A model generated the notes under the pieces. It saw only the letters and a program-made list of their open reading frames with translations. It made no database searches and was not told the DNA's origin. A program made the position numbers and the translations under genes. Shown in pieces: positions 47,369 through 60,241 of a stretch of 64,000 nucleotides of DNA (its first letter is position 1; every line of letters begins with the position of its first letter). Source of the stretch: Pseudogymnoascus verrucosus (taxonomy: Eukaryota); NCBI GenBank assembly GCA_001662655.1, contig KV460207.1; one strand, 5' to 3'.

Positions 47369-48352
47369 AGCATAGGAACAACATAGTCGTCGGTTTATTG
47401 CATTGTTGCATAGCTCCTCGCACGTCGTCCACACCCTGAAAGGCGCAGAACCTTATCTCGAGTAAGTGATAGGAGCCTTGAAGGGGACGTTGTTGACTTA
47501 CTTGGTCCATTATAAAAAGTGGCTGACTAAGCAATTTACTGCCAATTATGGTGTGGTTAGGAACTACCCGATCAATGGTTGATTGCTTCCTAAATCTGCC
47601 TTAGGCCTCCGAAAAGGCCGCATCCTGTGTCTTTGATTACGGCGACGGCTTCATGGAAACGGGGGACGGTTAGTCGATTATGATGTCTGCCATAAGCCTT
47701 TCGAAAGGCTGCATTCTGTGTATTCGATCACCACAACGGTTTCGTGGAAACAGAGGATTGGTCGGTTCCGAAATCTGCCTCGGGCCTCTTAAATGGATGC
47801 AGCCATTCAAGAGGCCCAAGGCAGATTTGCGATTATGACCTCTAGGAAAAGAATGATGGTTGATTGGCTTCGGTAATTTAATCTGCACTGCTCTTCTAGT
47901 TCAGGAATTACCCCGAGGCCCAGAATCCACAGCAACTCGGAAAGCGCAAAAGTGGTTGACTAGTTCTAAAATGTGGCGCACACCCTCATTATGGCGAGGC
48001 TGAGTTCTGATGCATCTCGAGCCTCCGACCTACCGAATACATGTATCCAGCACTGTACTATTCCCATCCGTCGTCCATTTCATCATATTATTAGCAACTT
48101 TAGCGTTGCCTCTCTTACAAGCATCTAGTTTAGCAATTCCTGCGATCTTGATCTTATCTACGAACATCTCGTCATCTCCTTGAGTGATCTTTCAATCGCG
48201 GATATACCATACCTAGGCCTGATCGAAGTTGTGATAGAACTTAAGCTTGCCCCATTTACTTGGATTAGCTATAAATAGGGTTGCATATTTGGCTGGTTTT
48301 GTATGCAGTTTGCGAAGACTTTGCGCCCTATCCTTCTTCAACATTCTTAAGG

Positions 48353-51326
48353 ATGGACCCATTCTCACTCTCTCTGGACATCGCAGGCCTTGTGGGGCTT
48401 GTAGCAAAAGCATTAGCAGTCACGAAAGATTACCTCTCAAAAGTTAAACATGCGAAGGAGTCAGTCATTACCTTGATCATTGAACTGGAAGCACTGAAAT
48501 CGAATCTATCCAGCCTTGATGCGCTACTTCGCAGTGATTCGGTACGAGCACATGGCCTGGCCTTCCAGCGAACTTCAGTACTTCGATCGTGTGCGTTGGC
48601 TTGTGATGGTAATCTAAAGTCTTTATGCAAGAAGCTGGACCAAGTGGGTGATAGTAGGATTGGCCGATATGTGTGGCCGCTCAGTGAAAAGGAGCATCAG
48701 AAAACAATGCAGGAGCTCCGAACTTTTACCCAATGGATGCAATTTGCGCTCTCTGTTGATGGCTGCTCGCTCCTTTCTCGGACCTCGGATGACGTCCTTA
48801 AGATTATGGGGCAACAATTAGAGAGCTTTAAATCATTAGCAAGTCTCGAAGCCCAGACGGTGCAGCTGCAGGAGGCTGTCGCGCACCAAACACGCTTACT
48901 AAAAGACGACCGGAATGCAGAGACAAGACATGATATCCTTAATTGGTTATCAAAGATAGAGCATGATAAAAGGCACCATTCTATACGGTCATATAGAATT
49001 CAGGGCACAGGTAGTTGGTTGTTAGAGCGATCGGAGTATGTGCAATGGCGAGATGATGGCTCAAATGTTCTTTGGTGTCATGGAATTCAAGGCTCCGGAA
49101 AAAGTGTTTTAATGTGCGCAGCCATCACTTCATAAATGTGTAAAAGCTGACAGTATATAGATCTATTGTCATCGACGAGCTTAAACGCTCAATATCTAGT
49201 CCTGAATCTCCCATCGTTTTCTTCTACTTTGACTATTGGGACAAGGACAATCAGACCCCGACCAGACTTCTATCAAGCATCTTAAAACAAATTGTCGCCG
49301 CGATCCCAGACACTCCCAAATGTGTGATCGATGCATATAGCAAGACTCAAGGAGTTGGTGAATTCTTACAAGTTCACGAGCTCGAAAACATGATTTCCGA
49401 AATCACTTCGACCGTTCGCCGAGTTTACATCATTATAGACGCACTTGATGAGTGCGATGAGTCAAGACACCGCAAAATTGTCCTTCAGTCCCTCTGTCGC
49501 ATGACGCAGATTCCAAATATCCGTCTACTTATAACTAGTCGTCAATATACCTACGACATAGAAGAGGCTTTTCATACGCATTCTCAGATTGTAATCCATG
49601 CTCATGAATCTGACCTCAGACGTTACATGCACCATCAGCTTGATTGTACCGATATTAGCGATATTGTCGATGGCGATTTTGTGTCTAAGGTGGTAGAGAC
49701 ACTCATTAACAGGGCACAGGGAATGTGAGTAAGCCTATAATCTATCTGCCTTGCTCGACAATACTTTGCAGCATTGAAAGGGCTAGGGCCTGAGAAATTT
49801 ATGCTAAGTCGAGCAGGTTCCTCCTCCCAATCCTTCAACTTCGTTCTGTGTTAAATGAACCTACAGTGGGTGAGATGGAAGATGCGCTTGTCAACTTATC
49901 TCGCAGCCTTCCTGAAGCTTTTGAGGAAACAGTCGCGCGCATTCAGCAACTCCCTGAAAGCTGGAGAAGGCTAGCGACAAATACTCTGATGTGGATATGT
50001 CACACTAAGCGCCCATTAACGATACCCGAACTGATTGAAGTACTTTCTGTCAGACTAGGCCAAACAAACATGAGCACAAAGCACTGTCCTTTACCAAGGA
50101 TGATAGTAGAATGCTGCCAGGGCCTCGTGACTCTCGACCTAGAGAGCATGAGTATTCGTTTCGCTCATTACGCAATTCAGGAGTACCTGATGGTACGAAG
50201 CGAAGAGCTCTTCCCTTGTTTAGAGAGTAATATGGCCGCAATATGCCTAACCTATTTACTTAGCCGTGCTTTTAACGAGGGACCATGTTCGGAAGAACGT
50301 GAAATCCGTTCTCGCATTGACAAGAATCCATTCCTTTCGTACGCTTGCCGGTATTGGGGCGTGCATGTGCAAAGCTGTGAGGCAGATCGAAATGTTAAGC
50401 AGCTTGCTTTCGATTTCTTTGCTTCTCATAGTGCAGTAGCACGAGCATACCAAATCATGGAGTTTGAAAAAGGACGCCTAGAGACGTATTGGACCCCAGA
50501 GGAAAGCTTTAGCGGTTAGTATTCCTAGATTCCATTCTTCCCATTCTTGACTCATTTACCAGAGACATACTTCTTCCCACCTAAATTACATCTTAATACT
50601 CGTGCAGTTTTTTTTAGAGAAGTAATACTGATCCTACTGTTCTGAACAGTGACGGCGCTCCATCATGCCAGCTATTTCGGACTTGAAAATATAATTCGTA
50701 ACCTTCTTGACCAGCGAACATATCACATAGATGCACAAACGAAAATGGGTACTACACCACTCATAAAAGCTGCATGTGCGAGCCCGGCAGGCCACCCCTC
50801 AATTGTTAAGATGCTACTACAACGAGGTGCTAATCCATACTTGGGTAATTGGTATGGCAATACTCTACTCTGCGCTGCCGAAGCTGGATGCTCTACCACA
50901 ATTCGTCAGCTTGTCGACTATGGCATGAATCCGAATGAGAGGGGGCATCATGGCCGTCCTCCAATACATTGCACCTTAGACAACGATTGCTTCGGAGCCT
51001 TTGAGACACTAATAGAGCTGGGAGCTGACATTAACTTTAAAGGTGTATCAGTCTTCCACGAGGCAATTATTAATGGCTGCGTCAACATTGTCGACTTAGT
51101 TCTCCAGCGACACTGGGCTGAGCTAGAACATAGAACCACGGAAAAGGGTCTTACCGCAATGCACTTCGCTGCGATGGGGAAGAATATGGCGATTATATCA
51201 AGACTTCTCGAGGCTGGAGCAGATATTAATGCACAAGATAACGAAGGTTGCACTGCTCTTGACTACGTGGATAATGGTCTCAACAAAGATATAGTCAGCC
51301 TTTTACTAGACCATGGTGCAGAGTGA
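48353..51326 (+). CDS. Fungal NLR: HeLo-like N-terminus, NACHT and ankyrin repeats, 4 exons
   Basis: MDPFSLSLDIAGLV; LWCHGIQGSGKS, YIIIDALDECD, GM|FLLP, FAHYAIQEYL; ankyrins TALHHASYFG, GTTPLIKAA, GLTAMHFAA; introns ~49114-49160, 49726-49817, 50516-50649. Confidence 0.9.
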
Positions 51327-51642
51327 GAATGAAATTTGAAGGCTCCTCAGTCAAGGGCCTGTGAGTTTAACTACAAGAACACTCTCGCTACCTCAAATAC
51401 GCTACGTTCAGCAAAGGTCATAGGTGCAGTTCTAATGTCATGGTATGTATTACGGACGTTACAGTAGAGGGGGTTGAGAGAGATGTAGATGCGATGACAG
51501 ATATCCTATTTAGGGTTGCAAAGGCTAGGAAATTATTCATAAGTGATAATACAAACATAACGGTTAATCCTTATGACAAAGAGGTGTGTGCTAAACGAGC
51601 CTAGAGTCGGGAGGTTTTGAGTTCTATGCCATCATCTCGAAA

Positions 51643-53729
51643 TCACAGTCTCGTAAGAAACTGAACTTCCAAACGAACCACCGGCACAGCAGCAACCCAT
51701 TCTAGTCTTTCCGGCAATGTTGCCTCCCTCGACAGCATAGATGTGCCTGAATCCGGCAACGTGAGCCGGAAAGACTTCAGGATCTGTGATAACGAGAGAT
51801 ACAGTTCGAGATATGCGAAACTGGTACATGATATTAGAATTCCTGCACAGCTACACGTGATGGAGTGGAAGGGGTGCCTTACTGCGCGCCAATACAAACG
51901 AACGAGCCCTTCGAGAACGGGATGTAGTACTCGTCGCGCAGCGGATTAATCGATTCGGCGTCGCCATCCAGCCATCGTGTAGGACGGTAGATTTCGGGGG
52001 AGGGAAAGGCGGCTTTATCGCGGAGATACCAGATTGGTGAACTGCTAATTACGGTCTGGGATGGGAGAAATCAGTATACGTTCGTGCTGAAGATGGAAAA
52101 ATACGTACGCCTCCTGGAATGAACTTCCCCGCCAGCGTCGCGCCATCTTTAGGCACGATGCGCGGCAGCATTGCGGCCGCGGCACCAGCCCATCGGATGC
52201 CTTCTTTGACAGCGGCGCGGAGACGTGGGAGCGCTTCGAGCCCGGTCATGTCGGTTGGCCAGTGCGCGAGGGCGAGGTCGGCGGCTAGGCTGTCTTGGAA
52301 GGAGATGTCGTGGGCGAGTCCCCAGAGGATGTGGGCGAGTGTTAGGGAGGTAGTATCAGTTCCGGGCCCAAGCATCTCTTTGGCTTCGGAGAGGGCGATG
52401 GCGGGGGGGAGGCGCGAGCGGATCATGGTGGAGATGAAGTTTGGGTGTGGCTCGAAGGGTAGCTTTGAGATGGATGTGAGGCGTTCAAGTTGGGAAGATG
52501 CCCACTGTTTTGGTTAGGGGTTGTGGTGTGATGTGAAGGATGGTGGTACTCACTTTGTCGAAGTCTTTCATCGCGGTTGTTGAGAGAGTTTGCCAGCCTG
52601 TGAAATTGTAAAGTATAGACTCGATGCGGTACCAAGCCGTAGTCACGCTTGGTAGGTTGGACAACTGCATGCACTAAGTATTATGATTGTCAATAGAAGG
52701 AAGAAACTACATACTAAGGCCATAATTTGTGCCTTGTCATCGTTCTCCTTGATAATGTTGACATCATGGCCGCTCCCCCAAGCGGCAATTGCACCAATAT
52801 CTTCGCCAAATCCAAAGGAGGCTGTAAGCCATGTCAGACAAGAATACGCATTTGATCGTCAATGCGAACTCACCAACAATATCGGCCTCTAATGCTCGAC
52901 ATGCTCGGGCAAGCTCAACTGGCTGCACACCTCGTTGGCGTAATAGGAGCACAAACGCAGCTATTTTTTCAGTCATGTATTCTTCTAAAAGGTTCATTTT
53001 GCTCCGGTTGAAAATCTGGCCCATTAACCGGCGTCTCTGAGCGTGTTCGTATGCGTCCCTAATAAACGATTAGCAACTGCAAGCTAGATGTCATATACTT
53101 TTAGATAGCATCAATTACTATATCTCAATTCATATGTACTCACGTAATTGAAAACAATCCAGGATGAGCATCTTGCACGAACCCTCCGTAAACTCGCGGA
53201 TCCTTTATAAAAGGACTCTGAACAGTATTGACGGTTTTGTAGATATCTAGTGAGTAGAAAGAGAGTTCCTTTGGACCAATACGAACTAAGGGTCCTGTTG
53301 TTCTAGTCAGCTGTCAGTATGTGCAAATCTTCTAAGTTGAAAATCAAGATATGCACAGCTTTAGACTTTAGGACAGAATCGAACTTTCTAGAAAAAAGAG
53401 CAAGGAAATCTCGTAGGTTCATACATACCGTACTTTTCATGAAGGCGTGGCAGGTCTAGCGTGATACGTCCTCTATGCTCTGAAGGGAAAGCCCATAGCA
53501 ATCTAGACACAGGTGCTAAGATTCCTGCATTTGGGATTAACGAAAGTGGAGAGATGAAGTACGCATAGCTGAGCTTTGATGCTCAAGTGTCAGTAATTGA
53601 CGTTTTTAGATCTTCTTTCATTCCCTTAATATTAATGAGAAAATACACAAGTTGACTTACCCATAATAGGATATAGATGAAAGAACCGGCTAGAAGCCAG
53701 AGGACGATGCTGATTGTCCACTCCGCCAT
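51643..53729 (-). CDS. Cytochrome P450 monooxygenase, multi-exon
   Basis: TM anchor MAEWTISIVLWLLAG; LVRIGPKELSF; I-helix GPGTDTTS; KEGIR (ExxR); YRPTRW; heme motif FSKGSFVCIG. Confidence 0.92.
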
Positions 53730-54589
53730 GCTGAAACCAGAACTCAAAGCCTAGTAAGGCGTGAAATTTATTATCGTGATTATTTCGACAGCTTCTCTTC
53801 AACGAGGGCAATAAAGAAGCTGATAGTACTAATGAAAAATTTATACTCTGCCTAGAAGCGACAGTGACGGTAGTCCTTTTAATTGTGCGGCATTCGGAGA
53901 AGGCCGACGAAGCTTGATAGCGGGACTTGAACTTCTTTCTTGGTAATTACTCCGTACGCCTTTCTCCGTTTTTTCCTCTATATCATCCTTGTTATAGGCA
54001 CGCATACCCGTTTAGGGCATTAAGCGCGGATGATGTGCTTGTAAGTATCTCGCTTCATTTTTGGAGGTCGATGCCGATGGTCGATGGCGAGCTTCACACT
54101 ACCTCATATGGGGTATGGTCTCTATTTCTTCGGAAATGACCCTGAAAAGACCCTGCGACTTTCCTGGCCAGATGCTAACTATCGTACCTCTGTAGAAGTC
54201 TGAATTGCACCATTCCCGCTAACATTCCACGACCACAGCCGCGTACCACATTCCGGCATTCGCCGCTGCTAATGATAGATAACGACAGCGAGAAACGCGA
54301 GGCTACCCTCTTTCTCATTTCCTCACTTTGACAGCAGACGCAATTAACTAATACTTTGATACAAGGCTGTTCAGCATGCCGGCAGATTAATCTTATGCTC
54401 GTCTGCCCATACCAGTCAGGTAGCTGGTGGAATCCGCTTTCTAGGATAAGTCTCGAGCATAACTGCTCATGCCTGTCTCTGAAGCCCTCAAGTATAACAA
54501 GGTTGCCATGCCCTCCATTGTAACTGCCTTGTCTAGTAATCCCCTCCCTAGTCCTGCTTTCATAGTCATCGCTACATTCCTATGCAGCC

Positions 54590-56848
54590 ATGGTCACTTC
54601 CGACGTCGTTACTGCGACTGCCACCGCAGAAACCATAACGCACCCTTCGGTGAATAATGCTTCCTCCGTGGGCGAGGAAGCAAAGGTCCAGGATGCCGCA
54701 ACAGCTGATGCGATTCTATTAGTGAGTGGCCAGAGAGTAATTATCACCAGCTCTGATTTGCTGACACTACTCGACTGCGCAGGAAACTTTAGGATACAAG
54801 CCTGTATGTTCACCGCAAGGGCTGCTTATTCCGCTGATGGATACGGTGCTGATAATTGCCGTAGGTCCTACATCGCACATATGGCTTAATTGAGAATTTC
54901 TCTACAACTTTCGGTACGTTGTCGTACCTCTCTTCCTGCCCTCTATACACCCTAAATCTTGAAAATCCTATATGACATGTATTTATTTCAGTACTGACTA
55001 TAACCTAGCTGCGCTGTACTTCGTGGGCGGAGTTCGAGTCACCTTCAGTACTGGTATTGCTGCTGGTGGAAATCTAGCATACTGGTTCGTATACTCCGCT
55101 CGTCCTTGTCTTTGTATCATAGTTTCTAATCATATGCAGGACGAGTTATATTATCACCTGCGTCTTCACTTTCATTACCGCTGCTGTCATCGCCGAGGTG
55201 TGCTCGGCCTCGCCATCTGCTGGTTCCATCTACTTGTGGGCTGCAGAATCAGGAGGTCCTAAATACGGACGACTCTTTGGATTTGTGGTGGCTTGGTGGA
55301 GCACTACAGCATGGACAACGTTTTGCGCCAGTAAGATATCCACTAACATCTACGGAGGCACCGCTCACACGTTACCAGGCAACACTCAAGCTGCTGTCAA
55401 CTACATGCTTTCTGTAAGGTACTTGATCTCAACTACTCATAACTAAAACTCATGTATTGGTAGGAAATTACCGTCTTTGGCCTGGACTTCCCCTCAGACT
55501 CCTCTGATGTCAAGTTCCGAGCAGTTCAATGGATCTGCACTGAAGTGCTTCTAGGATTAGCCGTTCTCGTCAACTTTCTGCCTCGTGAGTTCCTCTCATC
55601 CATGAAGAGATGTTGACCTGACTAATATTGCCAATAGCACGCTTGTTCCGCTATGTGTTCTACTGGTCGTCCTTCTTCGTAATTCTAGACTTCCTCCTCA
55701 ACGTCATCTGGCTCCCAATTGGAACAGCTAACACACTGGGTTTCCGTACTGCCGAAGAAGCGTTTATGACTACCTATAACGGCACCGGTGCCCCTGATGG
55801 CTGGAATTGGTGTCTTTCCTATCTTGCAACGGCTGGCATCTTGATCGGATTTGATGCTTCGGGCCATGTTGCAGAAGAGACCAAAGATGCAACTGTTAAC
55901 GCGGCAAGGGGAATCTTCTGGAGCACTGTAGTGAGCGGAATCGGTGGATTCTTAACAATCATCCTGTTCTTGTTCTGCGTTGTAAGTCACAGCCATGATT
56001 TTATGTTGAGATATGACCATGCTGACCGTTTTCCAGCCTGACGCTGATACGCTCTTCTCCTTTGGCTCCCCGCAACCCTTCGTCCCGCTCTACGCCGTTC
56101 TCCTCGGCCAAGGCGGACACATTTTCATGAACGTGGTCTGCGTCGTAGCATTGTGGCTGGCAAGTCGCGTTTCTGCACTATTTAGACATCAGCTAACATA
56201 CCGCTCTTCAGAACACTATAATCGCCATAGTCGCCGCCTCCCGCCTCGTCTTTGCCGTAGCCCGTGATGGGGTCCTCCCTTTCTCCGGCTGGGTCTCGCA
56301 CGTCTCCGCCGAAGGCCAACCTCGTAACGCCGTCCTCGTAGTCTGGGGCATTGCCAGTATCGTCACCTGCACGATCCTACCATCGGGCGTTGCTTTCACT
56401 TCCCTGATCTCCGCAGCAGGTGTCCCCTCTGCAGCTGCATACGGCTTGATCTGCTTCGGGAGATTCTTCCTCACTCCAAACAATTTCCCCAAGCCTCGAT
56501 GGAACCTGGGAAGGCTGAGCAAGCCCTTCCAGTTCATTGGCATTTTCTGGAATGGCTGGGTCGTGGCCATATTGTTTTCCCCATATGTTTTCCCTGTTAC
56601 TGGCGAGAGTTTGAACTGTGAGTTTTTGTTTTGCACTTCACTTATACCAAATTCGTCCATGCTGACTACATTCACTAGATGCACCAATAATCATGGCGGT
56701 AGTGACGATCTTTGCCCTTATTTCCTGGTGGTTCACCCCCGAAACCTCATGGCTGCCTAAAACCCGCATCGCGAACTTCATCGAGAGTAAGGGCGAGGGC
56801 GACTTGTTGGATGCGAATAAGGGAATAGTGCCGACAAAAAATTACTAA
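54590..56848 (+). CDS. APC-superfamily amino acid/GABA/polyamine permease, multi-exon
   Basis: AEVCSASPSAGSIYLWAAESGG, GFDASGHVAEETKDA, SRLVFAVARDGVLPFS; many introns including one GC-AG (56160-56211). Confidence 0.9.
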
Positions 56849-57323
56849 TCCTCTAGCTGTAGAGAATTATAGTATATAAAGAAGGAATAGTAGCTGGATT
56901 AATTGAACATGCATTTCACTTCTAATCAGTTGGACCCTACTCACTCACCCTGCTCACCTCCCAGCTCACCCAGCTCACCCCTCGCCTTACCCCTCTTTTG
57001 ACGCGACCTGATTCACGAGCTGTATGTTGCAAAGTCACGCCTTGTAGGGGCCTCGCTAGTGAAGCCATGCACACAGACTGTTCACGTCAGTTTAGGCACC
57101 AGTCTGTTGTGGCCTGTTTCTGGCTGAGGAACGCTTCAACGCTTCGCGGCTAAGGTCCTACCCTTCTCTGCATTTGATTCTCTAACAGTCCGCAGTCTCA
57201 ACTGTGTCAAGGCGACATTGGCAAATGAAATCCCGTCTTTTCCTAACCACCGAGCTACTAAATGGGGCCTGCTTCAATTCCACCTACTCCCATGCTTTTA
57301 TGGATTAATAGTTGTGCGGAATA

Positions 57324-59276
57324 TTATATATCTTCCTTCTCAATACACGGGATTGTTTTTTCGGAATTGAACCACCATGTTATTTTGCCCGTCATTTTCG
57401 TGCTTAGCCATTGGCGCTTATGGGACAGGTTGATTCCCACATTGTCTGACGCAACGCAAACAATAACCCCAGTTTTGCCGTCTATAGAAGTGGCTTCTGC
57501 AAAATGAAGACTGATAGGATGTTCAATTGTAGCTGTTGCGGACAGACCCACGCGACACTGGCCTAATGCCTCCCTGTGACCACTCGAGTACGTTAATAAT
57601 ATTCCTAAACAACAGTTGTCTAGATTGTTAAGGTCACTCCCACGCTCATCGAAGAACAAGCAAACTTGTTTAACATCTTCTAACGAAGCGCAAGAATGGA
57701 AAAGATCCCACTTATTATGGAAACTTGGAGGGTGTTGTAGAATTTCCGGTGAATCTAATTGGATATCGTCTAGTAATGTTTGCCCAAAGCAATGGATTGG
57801 GTCTCCGTCATCTGCATCCTCGTGAATAAGGTGTGAGACTTGACCTTTGCTCAAACAAATCTCCACGGAATCATCTGCCTGTGGGTCGAGACAAGGTCCA
57901 AAAACGTGGTATCTACCAAGGGTAGTTCTTATCTGCCACAATCAGAAAGGGGGAAGTGGTAGGAAGTCAGATTCTTACCATGAGTGCGATATCAGTTGTC
58001 AATTTGCGAGGACCATATCGTCGACGAATCCAAACCCCACGGATTCCTTCATTTGGAGCCAAAGGAAAATATATCCAAATGAGGGGGTCCTTCCGATAGT
58101 GGCATAGTCTTTTATACGTATCAGCAGCTAAAGATCTGTTTTCCTTATGGGCGTAGATCCCATATATTTTTGGTCCGTTGCAAAAGACACTGATTCCTGT
58201 ACACTGCTCTGTTACTATACATCTCATGCGCATTGGCTTGGAAAGTCCATCATTCACAATCGTGAATTGGTCAGGGGGTGCCGGTGTATCCCATAGCATT
58301 AGCGTATCTATTGATGTTCTTATGGGATCAAGACGCAGAAAGTCTCCCTATCTGGTCATCAGTTTCTTAAGTACAAAATGTCAACTCAGGGTTCTTACAT
58401 TTGTCCTTATAAGGTAATCATCTAGTCGGCTTAGCTTGTCAACGATAAACCACAAGCAGTCTGGGAATTTGCTATCCGCAACAGTTGGACGATCTTCAAG
58501 CAGCTGGAACGCACGGATTCCAAGAGTGTCAAGGCTGATAATGAAATATCTCGGGTCTTTGGGCGGGACATTCTGTTCAAACTGCATGCGAGAACCATGA
58601 ATAGCTCTAAAGTCCTCTCGATACCAGCCGTATAGTTCATGAGGTTGTATAGCTTCGGCCGCGGGTTCTAGCCTATCTAGGCTCTCCGGATGCCACGCAA
58701 GTACGAATGAAAATATCGATATCAAAGGCGTCTCGGCTTTTTCTAGGACCTTAGTTACGATTTCTTGTGCCATCATATTTACAGCCTTTAAGCGGGATCG
58801 TAATTCTTTCGTCTCGGGGTATGTCGTATTCTCTTCTATTGAAAATCGAGGCGTATTACACTCTGACACGTAATAACGAGCTCCTGGAATAGGATTTAAC
58901 CATAACCCAAGATGCCACATGTGTGAGAGCCGTGTTTTTGGCCTTCTAGTCCGGAGTACATTGATTCAATCCGAATGGATCACGAACGCCAAAGGGGACT
59001 GACGACAGGTATGGCATGGCCCATGGAGGCAGAGACGCCAGTTTTTCTTTTCGCCATTATATACAACAGTCGTATATTGAAGTTCATAGCCGCGGGCGGG
59101 AAATTTAAAGCATAGTGTATGACCTCTGTAATCTGAGCCAAACCCAAGAACTATCTTCGTTAGTAAAATATCAAAATATTCGAATAGAACATACCTGCAA
59201 AGGAATTTTCTAAAACACAAACATGATTCCGGCAAAGCAGGCAACACAAATTCGAAAGCTGAACATGGTGCTCCAT
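57324..59276 (-). CDS. Hypothetical accessory protein, multi-exon
   Basis: Successive minus-strand frames (58381-58920, 57967-58299, 57324-57941) joined by GT-AG introns; Cys/His-rich start MEHHVQLSNLCCLLCRNH; no family recognised. Confidence 0.6.
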
Positions 59277-60241
59277 CTTAGTTATGCTAACATCTGTGAG
59301 CTTCACTTGCTCTCTCAAGTCGGCAGCTCGCTTCTTGTGACTCCTCTCCAATACTCAGCCTTGCATTGTCCTTATTTCTTCATCATTCCTCCAGTCTTGT
59401 CTAGATGAGTAGAGCGTAGCCTCCTTTGGAGGCAGAAGTGAATGTGGTGGTAGTCCCATCAATTTTGTAGATCAAATGAAGGTGTATGTTTAAGCTGATC
59501 CCAAGGCACCGAGCTAGGTTTATGTTAGCTTGAAGTGAGCGTGGGTAACTAAACGGAAAGGTTGTGTAAAGTAGTAGGCAAATGCAGCTATAAACAGTTG
59601 CAAATCGCCAACAGTGTATACTAGTTATAAATGATCGAGAGCCTTTATTTCGTTGAAGTTGTCATAAAGGCCTACTGGCAGCGATAAGGGCCTATATGCG
59701 CTCTTATCGCCAAGGTGGCCGCCCTGGTGAATCAGCCCCGCCCCAAGTTTTGGATCTTTCTGTATGACTGCATAATTGCTAACATCCTGATCATCGTTAG
59801 GACAGGCTCTACGAACACTTTTGGGCAGCAAGCGTATCGACGACTCTAATGGATGGATTATGGCTCGACAGTATCAATGTATGTAAACTCTTTCCATAAA
59901 ATGTCGCTATATTTTGAGGACCAATATATTTCGTGTCTTATAGTTGAACTTTGATCTGCTCGATGTGAATGTAATCCCCTTACTGGTTGCAAACCCATGG
60001 ACCAAATCCCATCTCTGTTTCCCCTGGAGACTGCCAGGACCAGTTATATGCCAGCGTGTGTATCTGGGTGAGTCCAGCGTCCTGCAACCGGGTTATTATT
60101 CACTCTGGACGACCCAATTCGTTTGTAAATTTCCAACAAACACATGGAATGAAACGGTAGGCCAGCTACCTGCAATCAAATTTCCTTCCTCATCAAAAAC
60201 AACATTTCCTAGCTTCCTTCTTCAATTGGATAGCTATCACA

